A stretch of DNA of 32,000 bases. Source: Erysipelotrichaceae bacterium MTC7 (lineage in GTDB: Bacteria > Bacillota_I > Bacilli_A > Erysipelotrichales > Erysipelotrichaceae). Position numbers and translations under genes: made by a program. The notes under the pieces were generated by a model that was not told the origin of the DNA, did not search any database, and worked only from the letters and a program-made list of their open reading frames with translations. This document shows positions 7,712-15,484 of the stretch, piece after piece. The number at the start of each line of letters is the position of its first letter. Position 1 is the first letter of the stretch. The stretch spans positions 30,001 through 62,000 of the forward strand of contig LVZN01000002.1 of NCBI GenBank assembly GCA_001695645.1, written 5' to 3'.

Positions 7712-8139
7712 AGTACAACAGCGAGGGATATTACGATCCCACCACTTACGAGGCACTTATGAAGATCGAGCAGGAGGAACGCGCCGCAAGGAAAGCGGCG
7801 AACTACCGTCCGCTCGTGTATATCTGCTCCCCTTATGCCGGGGATGTGGAAAAGAACACCTGCAGGGCGAGGAACTACAGCCGCTTTGCCGTGGTCAAGA
7901 GGGCGATCCCGATTGCTCCCCACCTGCTCTTCCCTCAGTTCATGTCCGAGGATACGGAACGCAGCCTTGCGCTTTTTATGGGAGGCGTCCTGCTTGGTAA
8001 ATGCGATGAGGTGTGGGTGTTCGGCAACAGGATAACTGCCGGGATGCGTGAGGAGATTGATAAGGCGGAACGGATGAAAAAGAAGATCCGCCGTTTTTCG
8101 GAAGTACTGGAGGAGGAGCAGATCAATGGAATTGGATAG
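7699..8139 (+). CDS. DUF4406 / nucleoside 2-deoxyribosyltransferase-like protein
   Basis: Pattern VYICSPYAGD...APHLLFPQF...ER...LLGKCDEVWVFGNRITAGMREEI matches my memory of the DUF4406/NDT-like fold family. Start choice (7699 or 7708) is uncertain. Confidence 0.5.
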   Translation: MDEMKYNSEGYYDPTTYEALMKIEQEERAARKAANYRPLVYICSPYAGDVEKNTCRARNYSRFAVVKRAIPIAPHLLFPQFMSEDTERSLALFMGGVLLGKCDEVWVFGNRITAGMREEIDKAERMKKKIRRFSEVLEEEQINGIG

Positions 8140-9013
8140 ATTTCTCATAACGAAAGATCCTCCGGGACTCAGCGAGGATAACTCCCATGTGGACGAGTGG
8201 TGCAGGAAGTGGAGCCGTCCCGTTAACCTCGCACTGTTTGATACGGTGAATCTGACGGAGCAGGAATGCAGCGATATGCTCCCGCAAATTGAAACCATGA
8301 AATACGGCGGTTCCGATCTGATGCTTTCTCCCGCTCTGGAGGTATTTGTCCTTCATATGACAGGAAAAAATGAACAGGGCATTGAGGGGTACAACAATAT
8401 CCTTTTTCGGAAAACGGTCATAACCGATACCTGGGTACAGCACGGAGACGGTGCGATCATGACGATGACGCCCATTCTTGATGCGTATTTTTTCTTTGAC
8501 AGTGGCATAGTGGCAGACGCAGTCGTGACGATGGGCGTGTTCAAGGCGGAATATGATGGCGGTCAAATCACCACAGGCACTTTTCAGCGGCCTGTGTGGG
8601 TAAAGGATTATGACCTTCTGGGTGACGATTATCTCATTGAGTATTTTCGCTATACAAAGCTGGAATATCTGCTGATCCAAAAGGCTCTTTATGACCGCCC
8701 GGAGGTCTTTGTGGAAACCAGAAAACAAATGAGCGTTGATCCGCAGCCCACAAAGAAAAAGCGTAAAGGCAAAGGACGCAGACGCATCGTCAAGGCGGTA
8801 AAGGTACTGCGGATATCGCAGGATGAATTTGACGATTACACAAAGGCTCACAGGGAGATGAGCTGTCCCTGCTGGGGCGTTATCGGCCATTGGAGAAATT
8901 ACAAATCAGGCAAGCGGGTGTGGATATCGCCTTACCGTAAGGGAAAGCAGCGCCACGATCCCGCCGCCTACAGTTCAAAGGAATACAAAATGGAGGAGGT
9001 ACAGCATGCGTGA
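8126..9013 (+). CDS. Hypothetical 295-aa protein with a basic patch (KKKRKGKGRRR) and C-terminal CPCWGVIGHWRNYKSGKRVWISPYRKGK motif
   Basis: Start overlaps the upstream gene by 14 nt and the stop overlaps the next start by 8 nt. Visibly lower G+C than its neighbours. No family recognised. Confidence 0.6.
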   Translation: MELDRFLITKDPPGLSEDNSHVDEWCRKWSRPVNLALFDTVNLTEQECSDMLPQIETMKYGGSDLMLSPALEVFVLHMTGKNEQGIEGYNNILFRKTVITDTWVQHGDGAIMTMTPILDAYFFFDSGIVADAVVTMGVFKAEYDGGQITTGTFQRPVWVKDYDLLGDDYLIEYFRYTKLEYLLIQKALYDRPEVFVETRKQMSVDPQPTKKKRKGKGRRRIVKAVKVLRISQDEFDDYTKAHREMSCPCWGVIGHWRNYKSGKRVWISPYRKGKQRHDPAAYSSKEYKMEEVQHA

Positions 9014-11348
9014 TTTACCGATTGCCTACGGTCACAGCAGCCATGCGAAGAAGTGGTCGAATAAGACCACGACCTTCGATGACCTGTGCGAGAGGCTGAA
9101 GACCACCATCCGGACGCCGGAGTCGGTGGAGGAATATGCAAAGATGAAATCAAAAGAGCGCGAGACGGCAAAAGACCACGGCGGCTTTGTCTGCGGAGCC
9201 CTTACGGGCGGCAGGCGCCTTTTGCAGAACGTGGCGAGCCGCTCTATGGTCAACCTGGACGGCGACAGGGTCACGGCGGAGTTTGTGGACGGTTACGAAG
9301 CCGGAATGAAATACCGCTCCTGCCTGTACTCCACGCACGGTCATGTGCCGGAAGCTCCGAGGGTGAGGATACTGATCCCCCTCACCAGGGATGTGACTGC
9401 GGAGGAATATGTCGCCATCTCAAGATATGTGGCGGAGGAACTGGGCATCGACATGTTTGACGAATGCTCCTATCTTCCGAACCAGATGATGTACTGGCCG
9501 AGTACGCCGTCGAACGGAGAATACCTGTATCTCGTGACGGACGGAGACTGGCTGAATCCCGATGACATCCTCTCGGCGCATCCCGAATGGACGGACCCGG
9601 CGAGACTGCCCACATCCTCCAGGGAGAGCGAGGCAAAGGGCATCAGCGACAAGAAACAGGCGGACCCTTTGGAAAAGGACGGCATCGTCGGTATGTTCAA
9701 TAACGCCTACTTCCCTGTGAACCTTGCTATTGATGAATTCCTCGGTGACGTCTACGAGCTTTCGGCGGACGGTACCCGTTACCGCTTTAAGGAGTCGAGC
9801 AGCCAGCCGGGTGTCGAGGTCAAGGAGAGCGGCAAGTTCGTGTACAGCCACCACGCCAAGGACCCGGCATATCTGAAGCTGTGCAGCGCATTCGATATCG
9901 TCCGAATCCACCTGTTCGGTGATGAGGACGAGAAGAAGTCGTTCCGTGCGATGGCGGACTTTGCCAGCAAGGATGAAAAGGTCAAGATGCTGATCCTTGA
10001 GAAAAAGCAGCAGGAGGCGGAGACGGACTTCGACATCACGGACGAGGACGATTCCTGGAAGAAAAAGCTGGAGTATGAGCCTCGTTCCACCATGCTGAAA
10101 AATTCCCTGCACAACATTACCCTGATCATGGAGAACGATCCCAACCTCAAGGGCATCGTATTTAATCAGCTGGCTGACGGTATGGAGATCAAGGGCGAGG
10201 TGCCATGGAAGCATCCGGCAAGGTTCTGGCGCGATGCGGATGACGCCCAGCTTATCAGCTTTGTGGATTCCCATTATGGCTCTTTCTCGGAACGCAACTA
10301 CCGTATCGCTGTCACCAAGGTGACGGACGACCGTTCTTATCATCCTATCCGGGAAATGTTCGAGTCACTTCCACCCTGGGACAAGGTCAAGCGGGCGGAG
10401 ACCGTACTGATCGACTACCTCGGCGCGGAAGACAACCGCTATGTCAGGGCGGTCACGAGGAAGTCGCTGTGCGCGGCATACATGAGGGTGCATAATCCCG
10501 GCATCAAGTTCGACACCATGATCGTTCTGAACGGCGCACAGGGCATCGGCAAAAGCACCCTGATCGCCTGCCTCGGCGGGGAATGGTTCTCGGACAGCCT
10601 TGCGCTTTCGGACATGAACGACAAGACGGCAGCTGAGAAACTGCAGGGGTATTGGATTCTGGAGATCGGTGAACTTGCTGGCATGAAGAAAGCGGATATC
10701 GACAAGGTCAAAGCTTTCATATCCCGTCAGGATGACAAGTACCGCGCCAGTTTCGGACGGAGGGTGACTCCGCATCCGAGGCAGTGCGTGTTCTTTGGCA
10801 CGACCAACAGCGAGAACGGGTATCTCCGCGACATCACCGGCAACCGCAGATTCTGGAACGTCAAGGTCACGGGTCAGGGAAAATACAAGCCCTGGGACAT
10901 GACCAACGAGGTGGTTCAGCAAATATGGGCGGAGGTCGCCGAGATTGCCAAAGCGGGAGAAAGGCTGTATCTCGACGCTGACCTTGAGGCTTTTGCCAAG
11001 CAGGAGCAGCGCGAGGCGATGGAGCAGGATGACCGTGAGGGCATCGTGCGGAACTACCTGGATATGCTTCTTCCCGACAATTGGGACAGCATGGACTATT
11101 ACAGGCGCAGGGAGTATATCCGCGACATCGACGATCCGACAAGGACGGAGGGCACTGTGAAGCGTCAGACCGTGAGCAACATTGAGATCTGGTGCGAATG
11201 CTTCGGCAAAAGCAAAGAGGAGATGCGTCCCTCCGACTCTTATGCCATATCCGCCATCATGGTGCGGATTGAGGGCTGGGAGAAGTGCGGAGCGCGGCAG
11301 ATGCTCCCCATCTATGGGCGACAGCGTGTATATACGAGGACAACCTAA
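9006..11348 (+). CDS. Primase-helicase (N-terminal primase/polymerase-like region + VirE/D5-like P-loop NTPase)
   Basis: Walker A LNGAQGIGKST, Walker B-like YWILEIGEL, and VirE-family motifs ...RASFGRRVTPHPRQCVFFGTTN...RRFW. Size and position are typical of phage replicative primase-helicases. Confidence 0.85.
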   Translation: MRDLPIAYGHSSHAKKWSNKTTTFDDLCERLKTTIRTPESVEEYAKMKSKERETAKDHGGFVCGALTGGRRLLQNVASRSMVNLDGDRVTAEFVDGYEAGMKYRSCLYSTHGHVPEAPRVRILIPLTRDVTAEEYVAISRYVAEELGIDMFDECSYLPNQMMYWPSTPSNGEYLYLVTDGDWLNPDDILSAHPEWTDPARLPTSSRESEAKGISDKKQADPLEKDGIVGMFNNAYFPVNLAIDEFLGDVYELSADGTRYRFKESSSQPGVEVKESGKFVYSHHAKDPAYLKLCSAFDIVRIHLFGDEDEKKSFRAMADFASKDEKVKMLILEKKQQEAETDFDITDEDDSWKKKLEYEPRSTMLKNSLHNITLIMENDPNLKGIVFNQLADGMEIKGEVPWKHPARFWRDADDAQLISFVDSHYGSFSERNYRIAVTKVTDDRSYHPIREMFESLPPWDKVKRAETVLIDYLGAEDNRYVRAVTRKSLCAAYMRVHNPGIKFDTMIVLNGAQGIGKSTLIACLGGEWFSDSLALSDMNDKTAAEKLQGYWILEIGELAGMKKADIDKVKAFISRQDDKYRASFGRRVTPHPRQCVFFGTTNSENGYLRDITGNRRFWNVKVTGQGKYKPWDMTNEVVQQIWAEVAEIAKAGERLYLDADLEAFAKQEQREAMEQDDREGIVRNYLDMLLPDNWDSMDYYRRREYIRDIDDPTRTEGTVKRQTVSNIEIWCECFGKSKEEMRPSDSYAISAIMVRIEGWEKCGARQMLPIYGRQRVYTRTT

Positions 11349-11350
11349 TC

Positions 11351-11623
11351 CGTCCATTACCTGTCCGGGCGTTGTCCACGGTCAGAAAATGCAGTCACCA
11401 CAAGGGTTTTCTGCAAGTCCGTGGACAACTGGACAGAAAAATCTATAAAAGACAAAAACATTTAATTTCATATTACAAATCCCGTCCTGCACACAGGCGA
11501 ATGCGCACGTTTCGCGCGTAAAGGATTTTTTCGTCCACTTGTCCGCAAAAGCAGCGAAAACGCAGTCACAGCAAGGGTTTTTACTGTGGACAGGCTCTGC
11601 GGACAAGTGCTGGACGGGACAAC
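11351..11623. other. Putative replication origin: two related iteron units flanking an A+T-rich core
   Basis: At least 12 GTCC(A/G) / (T/C)GGAC boxes. Perfect inverted repeats TTGTCCACGG (11372-11381) / CCGTGGACAA (11419-11428) and CTTGTCCGC (11538-11546) / GCGGACAAG (11599-11607), each pair bracketing an 18/20-identical direct repeat GCAGTCAC..CAAGGGTTTT (11391-11410, 11562-11581). A+T-rich stretch at 11437-11480. Lies directly downstream of the primase-helicase gene. Confidence 0.4.
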
Positions 11624-11644
11624 TTCTGAAAGGAGAAATCAGAA

Positions 11645-12163
11645 ATGATCAAAAACGGAAGACCTTATACGAATGAGAACGGATTTGTCGATGAGGCGCT
11701 TATCACGGAACACAGTGATGAGGAGATAGCGGCTGTTGACGGATGGATCAGAAAGAATGTCCGTACAGGCAAGAAGATACTCCACGGACACACGAGTTAC
11801 GGGATGAAGCACATGCTGGAACACGACACCGGCATTTACCTTACGAACAATGAGTTCAAGGACGCTATGCTGCTTGCCGGATACCAGCCCGTGAATCCGA
11901 AGGACCTGAACTGGAAGTACCGCATTGAACTGACACGGGAGATCAATGACAATCCCAGCCCGTTCTTCCATTGGGTGAGGAAATACGAGATGGACGCCAC
12001 GCCCTGCGGAGACTTCGTCAGGGATATGCTTCACGACTTCGAGTTCCCGATCCTGGCGGAACACGACATCATAGCACGGTACCTTGGGCGCATCGGCGCT
12101 TGCAGCGGAGCGGTGGAGGCATTCGAGGAGTTATGGAGGGATTATGCGGGAGAGACAGATTGA
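11645..12163 (+). CDS. Hypothetical protein with C-terminal YozE/SAM-like domain
   Basis: AGGAG lies 9 nt upstream. C-terminal FFHWVRKYEMDATPCGDFVRDMLHDFEFP...IARYL pattern resembles the YozE_SAM_like family. N-terminal domain (TSYGMKHMLE motif) is unassigned. Confidence 0.55.
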   Translation: MIKNGRPYTNENGFVDEALITEHSDEEIAAVDGWIRKNVRTGKKILHGHTSYGMKHMLEHDTGIYLTNNEFKDAMLLAGYQPVNPKDLNWKYRIELTREINDNPSPFFHWVRKYEMDATPCGDFVRDMLHDFEFPILAEHDIIARYLGRIGACSGAVEAFEELWRDYAGETD

Positions 12164-12425
12164 ACAGAAACTTGTAAAAGCCGTAAAAGCTACAGGCGGC
12201 ATCGCACCGAAACTTACCTCTCCCGGATTTGACGGGATGCCCGACCGCATGGTGCTGATGCCGGGAGGGCGCATCGGGTTTGTCGAGGTGAAAGCACCGG
12301 GCGAGAAACCAAGACCGCTGCAGCTTTCAAGACACAGGCTCCTGCGGCGTCTGGGCTTCAAGGTGTATGTCTTGGACGATGCGGAGCAGATAGGAGGAAT
12401 CATCGATGATATACGAGCCACATGA
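12144..12425 (+). CDS. VRR-NUC domain nuclease
   Basis: ATG at 12144 follows GGAGGG. Motifs GMPDRMVL...GFVEVKAPGEKPRPLQ match the VRR-NUC D...(E/D)xK...Q signature. Sits beside an SNF2 helicase, as in many phages. Confidence 0.8.
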   Translation: MRERQIEQKLVKAVKATGGIAPKLTSPGFDGMPDRMVLMPGGRIGFVEVKAPGEKPRPLQLSRHRLLRRLGFKVYVLDDAEQIGGIIDDIRAT

Positions 12426-13770
12426 TTATCAGAAATATGCCACGGGATATATCGAAAGCCATCCCATTGCTGCAGTCCTGTTGGACATGGGACTTGGCAA
12501 GACGAGCATCACGCTGACGGCTCTTAACGACCTTCTGTTTGACAGCTTTGAGGTGCATAAAGTACTTGTCGTGGCACCTTTAAGAGTCGCCAGGTTTACA
12601 TGGTCTGCAGAGATCGAGAAATGGGAGCATCTGAGCGGACTTCAGTATTCCGTGGCAGTCGGAACAGAAAAAGAGCGGCTGGAAGCCCTGCAGAGACAGG
12701 CGGACATCTACATCATCAACCGTGAGAACGTGCAGTGGCTGATTGAGAAAAGCGGCATTCCCTTTGATTTCGACATGGTGGTGATCGATGAGCTTTCGTC
12801 ATTTAAGAACCACCAGGCAAAGCGGTTCAGGAGCCTTATGAAGGTCAGACCGAGGGTAAAACGAATCGTGGGGCTTACGGGAACGCCGAGCAGCAACGGC
12901 CTGATGGATCTGTGGGCGGAGTTCAGATTGCTTGACATGGGACAGCGGCTTGGACGGTTCATCGGGCAGTACAGAACGGCATATTTCAAGCCGGACAAGG
13001 TCAACGGTCCCATCGTTTACAGCTACAAGCCTCTGCCGGATGCCGAAAAGCAGATATACGGCAAAATATCCGACATCACGATTTCCATGAAATCAACCGA
13101 CCATCTGAAAATGCCGGAGCTGGTCAGTTCAAAGCATACGGTGTACCTGTCGGAGGATGAACGGAAACGGTATGAGGATATGAAAGCGGAACTGATCCTT
13201 CAGCTGCCGGAGGGTGAAGTGACAGCCGCCAATGCCGCTGCCCTTTCGGGGAAACTCTCCCAGATGGCGAACGGAGCGGTCTATTCCGATGATGAGTCGG
13301 TGGTGAAGATCCACGACCGCAAGCTGGACGCCCTGGAGGACATCATTGAGTCGGCGAACGGCAAACCGCTGCTTGTGGCGTACTGGTATAAGCACGACCT
13401 TGAGCGTATCACGGCGAGACTTGCGGAAATCAAGGGTCCCTTTGCCAAGCTGGACACGGACGCCAGTATCCGGAGGTGGAACGCTGGGGAGCTTCCCGTA
13501 GCACTCATACATCCGGCATCGGCTGGACACGGGCTGAACCTGCAGAGCGGCGGCAGCACCATTGTGTGGTTCGGGCTTACCTGGAGCCTTGAACTGTATC
13601 AGCAGACGAACGCAAGACTGTGGCGGCAGGGGCAGACAGCCGGGACCGTGGTGGTGCAGCACATCATCGCGGAGGACACGATTGACGGACGGATCATGAA
13701 AGCCTTGTCCGAAAAGGACAGCACACAATCTGCGTTGATCGAAGCCGTGAAAGCTGACCTTCAGCTATGA
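12406..13770 (+). CDS. SNF2/DEAD-like superfamily-2 helicase
   Basis: Motif I LDMGLGKTS, motif II VVIDELSSFKN, motif III GLTGTP, C-terminal helicase motifs HPASAGHGLNLQ and RLWRQGQ. Confidence 0.85.
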   Translation: MIYEPHDYQKYATGYIESHPIAAVLLDMGLGKTSITLTALNDLLFDSFEVHKVLVVAPLRVARFTWSAEIEKWEHLSGLQYSVAVGTEKERLEALQRQADIYIINRENVQWLIEKSGIPFDFDMVVIDELSSFKNHQAKRFRSLMKVRPRVKRIVGLTGTPSSNGLMDLWAEFRLLDMGQRLGRFIGQYRTAYFKPDKVNGPIVYSYKPLPDAEKQIYGKISDITISMKSTDHLKMPELVSSKHTVYLSEDERKRYEDMKAELILQLPEGEVTAANAAALSGKLSQMANGAVYSDDESVVKIHDRKLDALEDIIESANGKPLLVAYWYKHDLERITARLAEIKGPFAKLDTDASIRRWNAGELPVALIHPASAGHGLNLQSGGSTIVWFGLTWSLELYQQTNARLWRQGQTAGTVVVQHIIAEDTIDGRIMKALSEKDSTQSALIEAVKADLQL

Positions 13771-13848
13771 CGGCATCTATGACAATCTATGGAGACAATC
13801 ATGGCCAATCCGAGGGAAACAACAATTTCTTATTCGGAGGTAGACACC

Positions 13849-14310
13849 ATGAATGTAGTTTGGAAGTATCTGGACAAAAGAGCCGGGGCTGTCGCGGCGC
13901 TTAAGGATTTCGGCAGCATGAAGTTCATCATCGAGAACACGGATGATGAGATCAAAGCGGCGTATGACAAGATGTCGAGCGTCAGTGGCGTCCGTTATGA
14001 CGGGATGCCGCATGTGAGGAATCTCCACGCCGCCGAGGACAGGATCATCAATGCCATCGATGAGATCGATGTGCTGAAGGAGCGTTACAGGCAGGCGGTG
14101 GAATACATGGACTGGTTCGTTCCCGCATGGGAGCAGCTGTCGGAGGATGACCGCTATGTGCTGGACACCTTCTACAGTGAGGACAACGAGTACGGCAGCA
14201 GCGTGGTTGATGACATCGCGGAGTATTTCCATATCGAGCGGGCATCCGCTTACCGCAGGAAGAACCGTGCCATCGACAAGCTGACCGTCCTGCTGTTCGG
14301 CAAGCCTTAA
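13849..14310 (+). CDS. Putative late-gene transcriptional activator (RinA/ArpU-like, sigma-70 region-4-type HTH)
   Basis: ATG at 13849 is 8 nt after GGAGG (alternative ATG at 13789). C-terminal LSEDDRYVLDTFY...VVDDIAEYFHIERASAYRRKNRAIDKL is r4-like. Position immediately upstream of HNH/terS is typical of late activators. Confidence 0.5.
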   Translation: MNVVWKYLDKRAGAVAALKDFGSMKFIIENTDDEIKAAYDKMSSVSGVRYDGMPHVRNLHAAEDRIINAIDEIDVLKERYRQAVEYMDWFVPAWEQLSEDDRYVLDTFYSEDNEYGSSVVDDIAEYFHIERASAYRRKNRAIDKLTVLLFGKP

Positions 14311-14340
14311 ACCCTTGTCCACTTTCTGAGACGATTTATC

Positions 14341-14359
14341 TATAATGGCGTGTTATACT
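14341..14359 (+). promoter_or_regulatory. Candidate late promoter: tandem -10 elements (TATAAT and TGtTATACT) with no good -35
   Basis: TATAAT at 14341-14346 and extended -10 TGTTATACT at 14351-14359. Only TTGTCC at a 20-nt spacing upstream, which fits an activator-dependent promoter. Lies between the late-activator-like gene and HNH. Confidence 0.35.
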
Positions 14360-14439
14360 GATATCGTAAAATAGTGGGCGGAGCCTCATGGGAGAAATCC
14401 TGTGGGGCTTTTCTTATGCCCGGAAAGCGAGGTGGAAGG

Positions 14440-14787
14440 ATGCCAAGAAAACCAAAGCGTCCCTGCCGCTACCCCGGATGTCCGAACCTTACGGACGGTG
14501 TTTATTGCGAGGAACACGCAAAACAGATGGAACAGCACTACGAGAAGTTCCAGCGTGGCTACTCACCCGGCAAACGTTACGGACGTGCCTGGACACGCAT
14601 CCGTCACCGGTACGCAAGCAAGCATCCTCTCTGTGAGATGTGCATGAAAGAAGGTCGGTATGTTGCGGTCGAGGAGGTCCACCACATCGTGCCGCTGTCG
14701 GAAGGCGGAACGCACGATGAGTCAAACCTTATGAGCCTGTGCCGTTCCTGTCACGAGAAAATACACAAAGAACGTGGTGATCGATAA
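14440..14787 (+). CDS. Phage HNH endonuclease (packaging-associated type)
   Basis: MPRKPKRPCRYPGCPNL...; HNH core CEMC...VHHIVPLSEGGTHDESNLMSLCRSCHEKIH. Sits beside a P27-type terS, as in cos phages that need an HNH partner. Confidence 0.85.
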   Translation: MPRKPKRPCRYPGCPNLTDGVYCEEHAKQMEQHYEKFQRGYSPGKRYGRAWTRIRHRYASKHPLCEMCMKEGRYVAVEEVHHIVPLSEGGTHDESNLMSLCRSCHEKIHKERGDR

Positions 14788-14883
14788 GGACCCAGGGGCG
14801 GTCAAAATCTCTACGAGGGGCTTCTGCGGAAAACGGCGCGGGGTCACGTGTGCGAAAAAGGCGAAATCAAAAGGGTAATTAAA

Positions 14884-14911
14884 GGCGGCCGGTTCCGGCT
14901 GCTTCATTTTT
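14884..14911 (+). terminator. Possible intrinsic terminator/attenuator between HNH and terS
   Basis: GGCGGCCG (14884-14891) pairs with CGGCTGCT (14896-14903; two G-U pairs) around a 4-nt loop, then TCATTTTT. It lies only about 20 nt before the terS start, so it may be a regulated or leaky site. Confidence 0.35.
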
Positions 14912-14931
14912 GCGCGGAAGGAGGTGTGAAA

Positions 14932-15480
14932 ATGCCGACAAAATCCAACAACACAGGCGGTCGGGGCGGTGCGAGACCCGGTGCGGGAAGGAAGAAATCC
15001 GCTGTCAAGGAGAAAGCCGAGAACGGCAATCCGGGCGGACGCAGACTGGAAGTTCTTGATATTCCCGAAGTCGAGGGTGTCGATATGCCAAAACCGCATG
15101 ATTTTCTGTCAGCAGAGCAAAGGGACGGAAGTACCCTGCAGGCGGAGGAAATCTATAAGGAAACATGGGAATGGCTGCAGAAGGTCGGGTGCGCCGCAAA
15201 GGTGTCTCCCCAGCTTCTGGAGAGGTACGCCATGTGCAGTGCCAGGTGGATACAGTGCGAGGAGATGACGAACCGCATGGGATTCCTCTCCAAGCACCCG
15301 ACGACGCAGAAGCCGATACCGTCGCCGTTCATCAACATCGGCATCAACTACATGAACCAGGCGGTGCGGCTCTGGAACGAGATATTCCAAATCGTGAAGG
15401 AGAACTGCAGCACCGACTACGGGGATGTTTCCCCGCAGGATGACCTGATGGAGCGACTGCTCAGAGCAAGGAAAGGATAA
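14932..15480 (+). CDS. terS: Terminase small subunit, P27 family
   Basis: ATG at 14932 follows GGAAGGAGG. Gly/Arg-rich N-terminus GGRGGARPGAGRKK, then ...TWEWLQKVG...LLERYAMCSARWIQCEE..., as in P27-type TerS. Confidence 0.75.
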   Translation: MPTKSNNTGGRGGARPGAGRKKSAVKEKAENGNPGGRRLEVLDIPEVEGVDMPKPHDFLSAEQRDGSTLQAEEIYKETWEWLQKVGCAAKVSPQLLERYAMCSARWIQCEEMTNRMGFLSKHPTTQKPIPSPFINIGINYMNQAVRLWNEIFQIVKENCSTDYGDVSPQDDLMERLLRARKG

Positions 15481-15484
15481 TGAT

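Noticed and set aside
8123-8890. 255-aa minus-strand ORF opposite the orphan gene, notable because the region is not G+C-rich
   Set aside because: The + strand ORF is interlocked with both neighbours and has a normal composition. The minus product is rich in His, Arg, Cys and Ile and has no start context. It is kept only as a caveat on the orphan gene call.
9420-11357. Two long minus-strand ORFs (307 aa and 330 aa)
   Set aside because: Both are antisense to the primase-helicase gene, which has Walker motifs on the + strand. They are typical high-G+C shadow frames.
14788-14931. Possible cos site between HNH and terS
   Set aside because: The position is plausible for HNH/P27-type cos phages, but I cannot identify cohesive-end sequences from the sequence alone. 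It is left unannotated. Sequencing of virion DNA ends would settle it.
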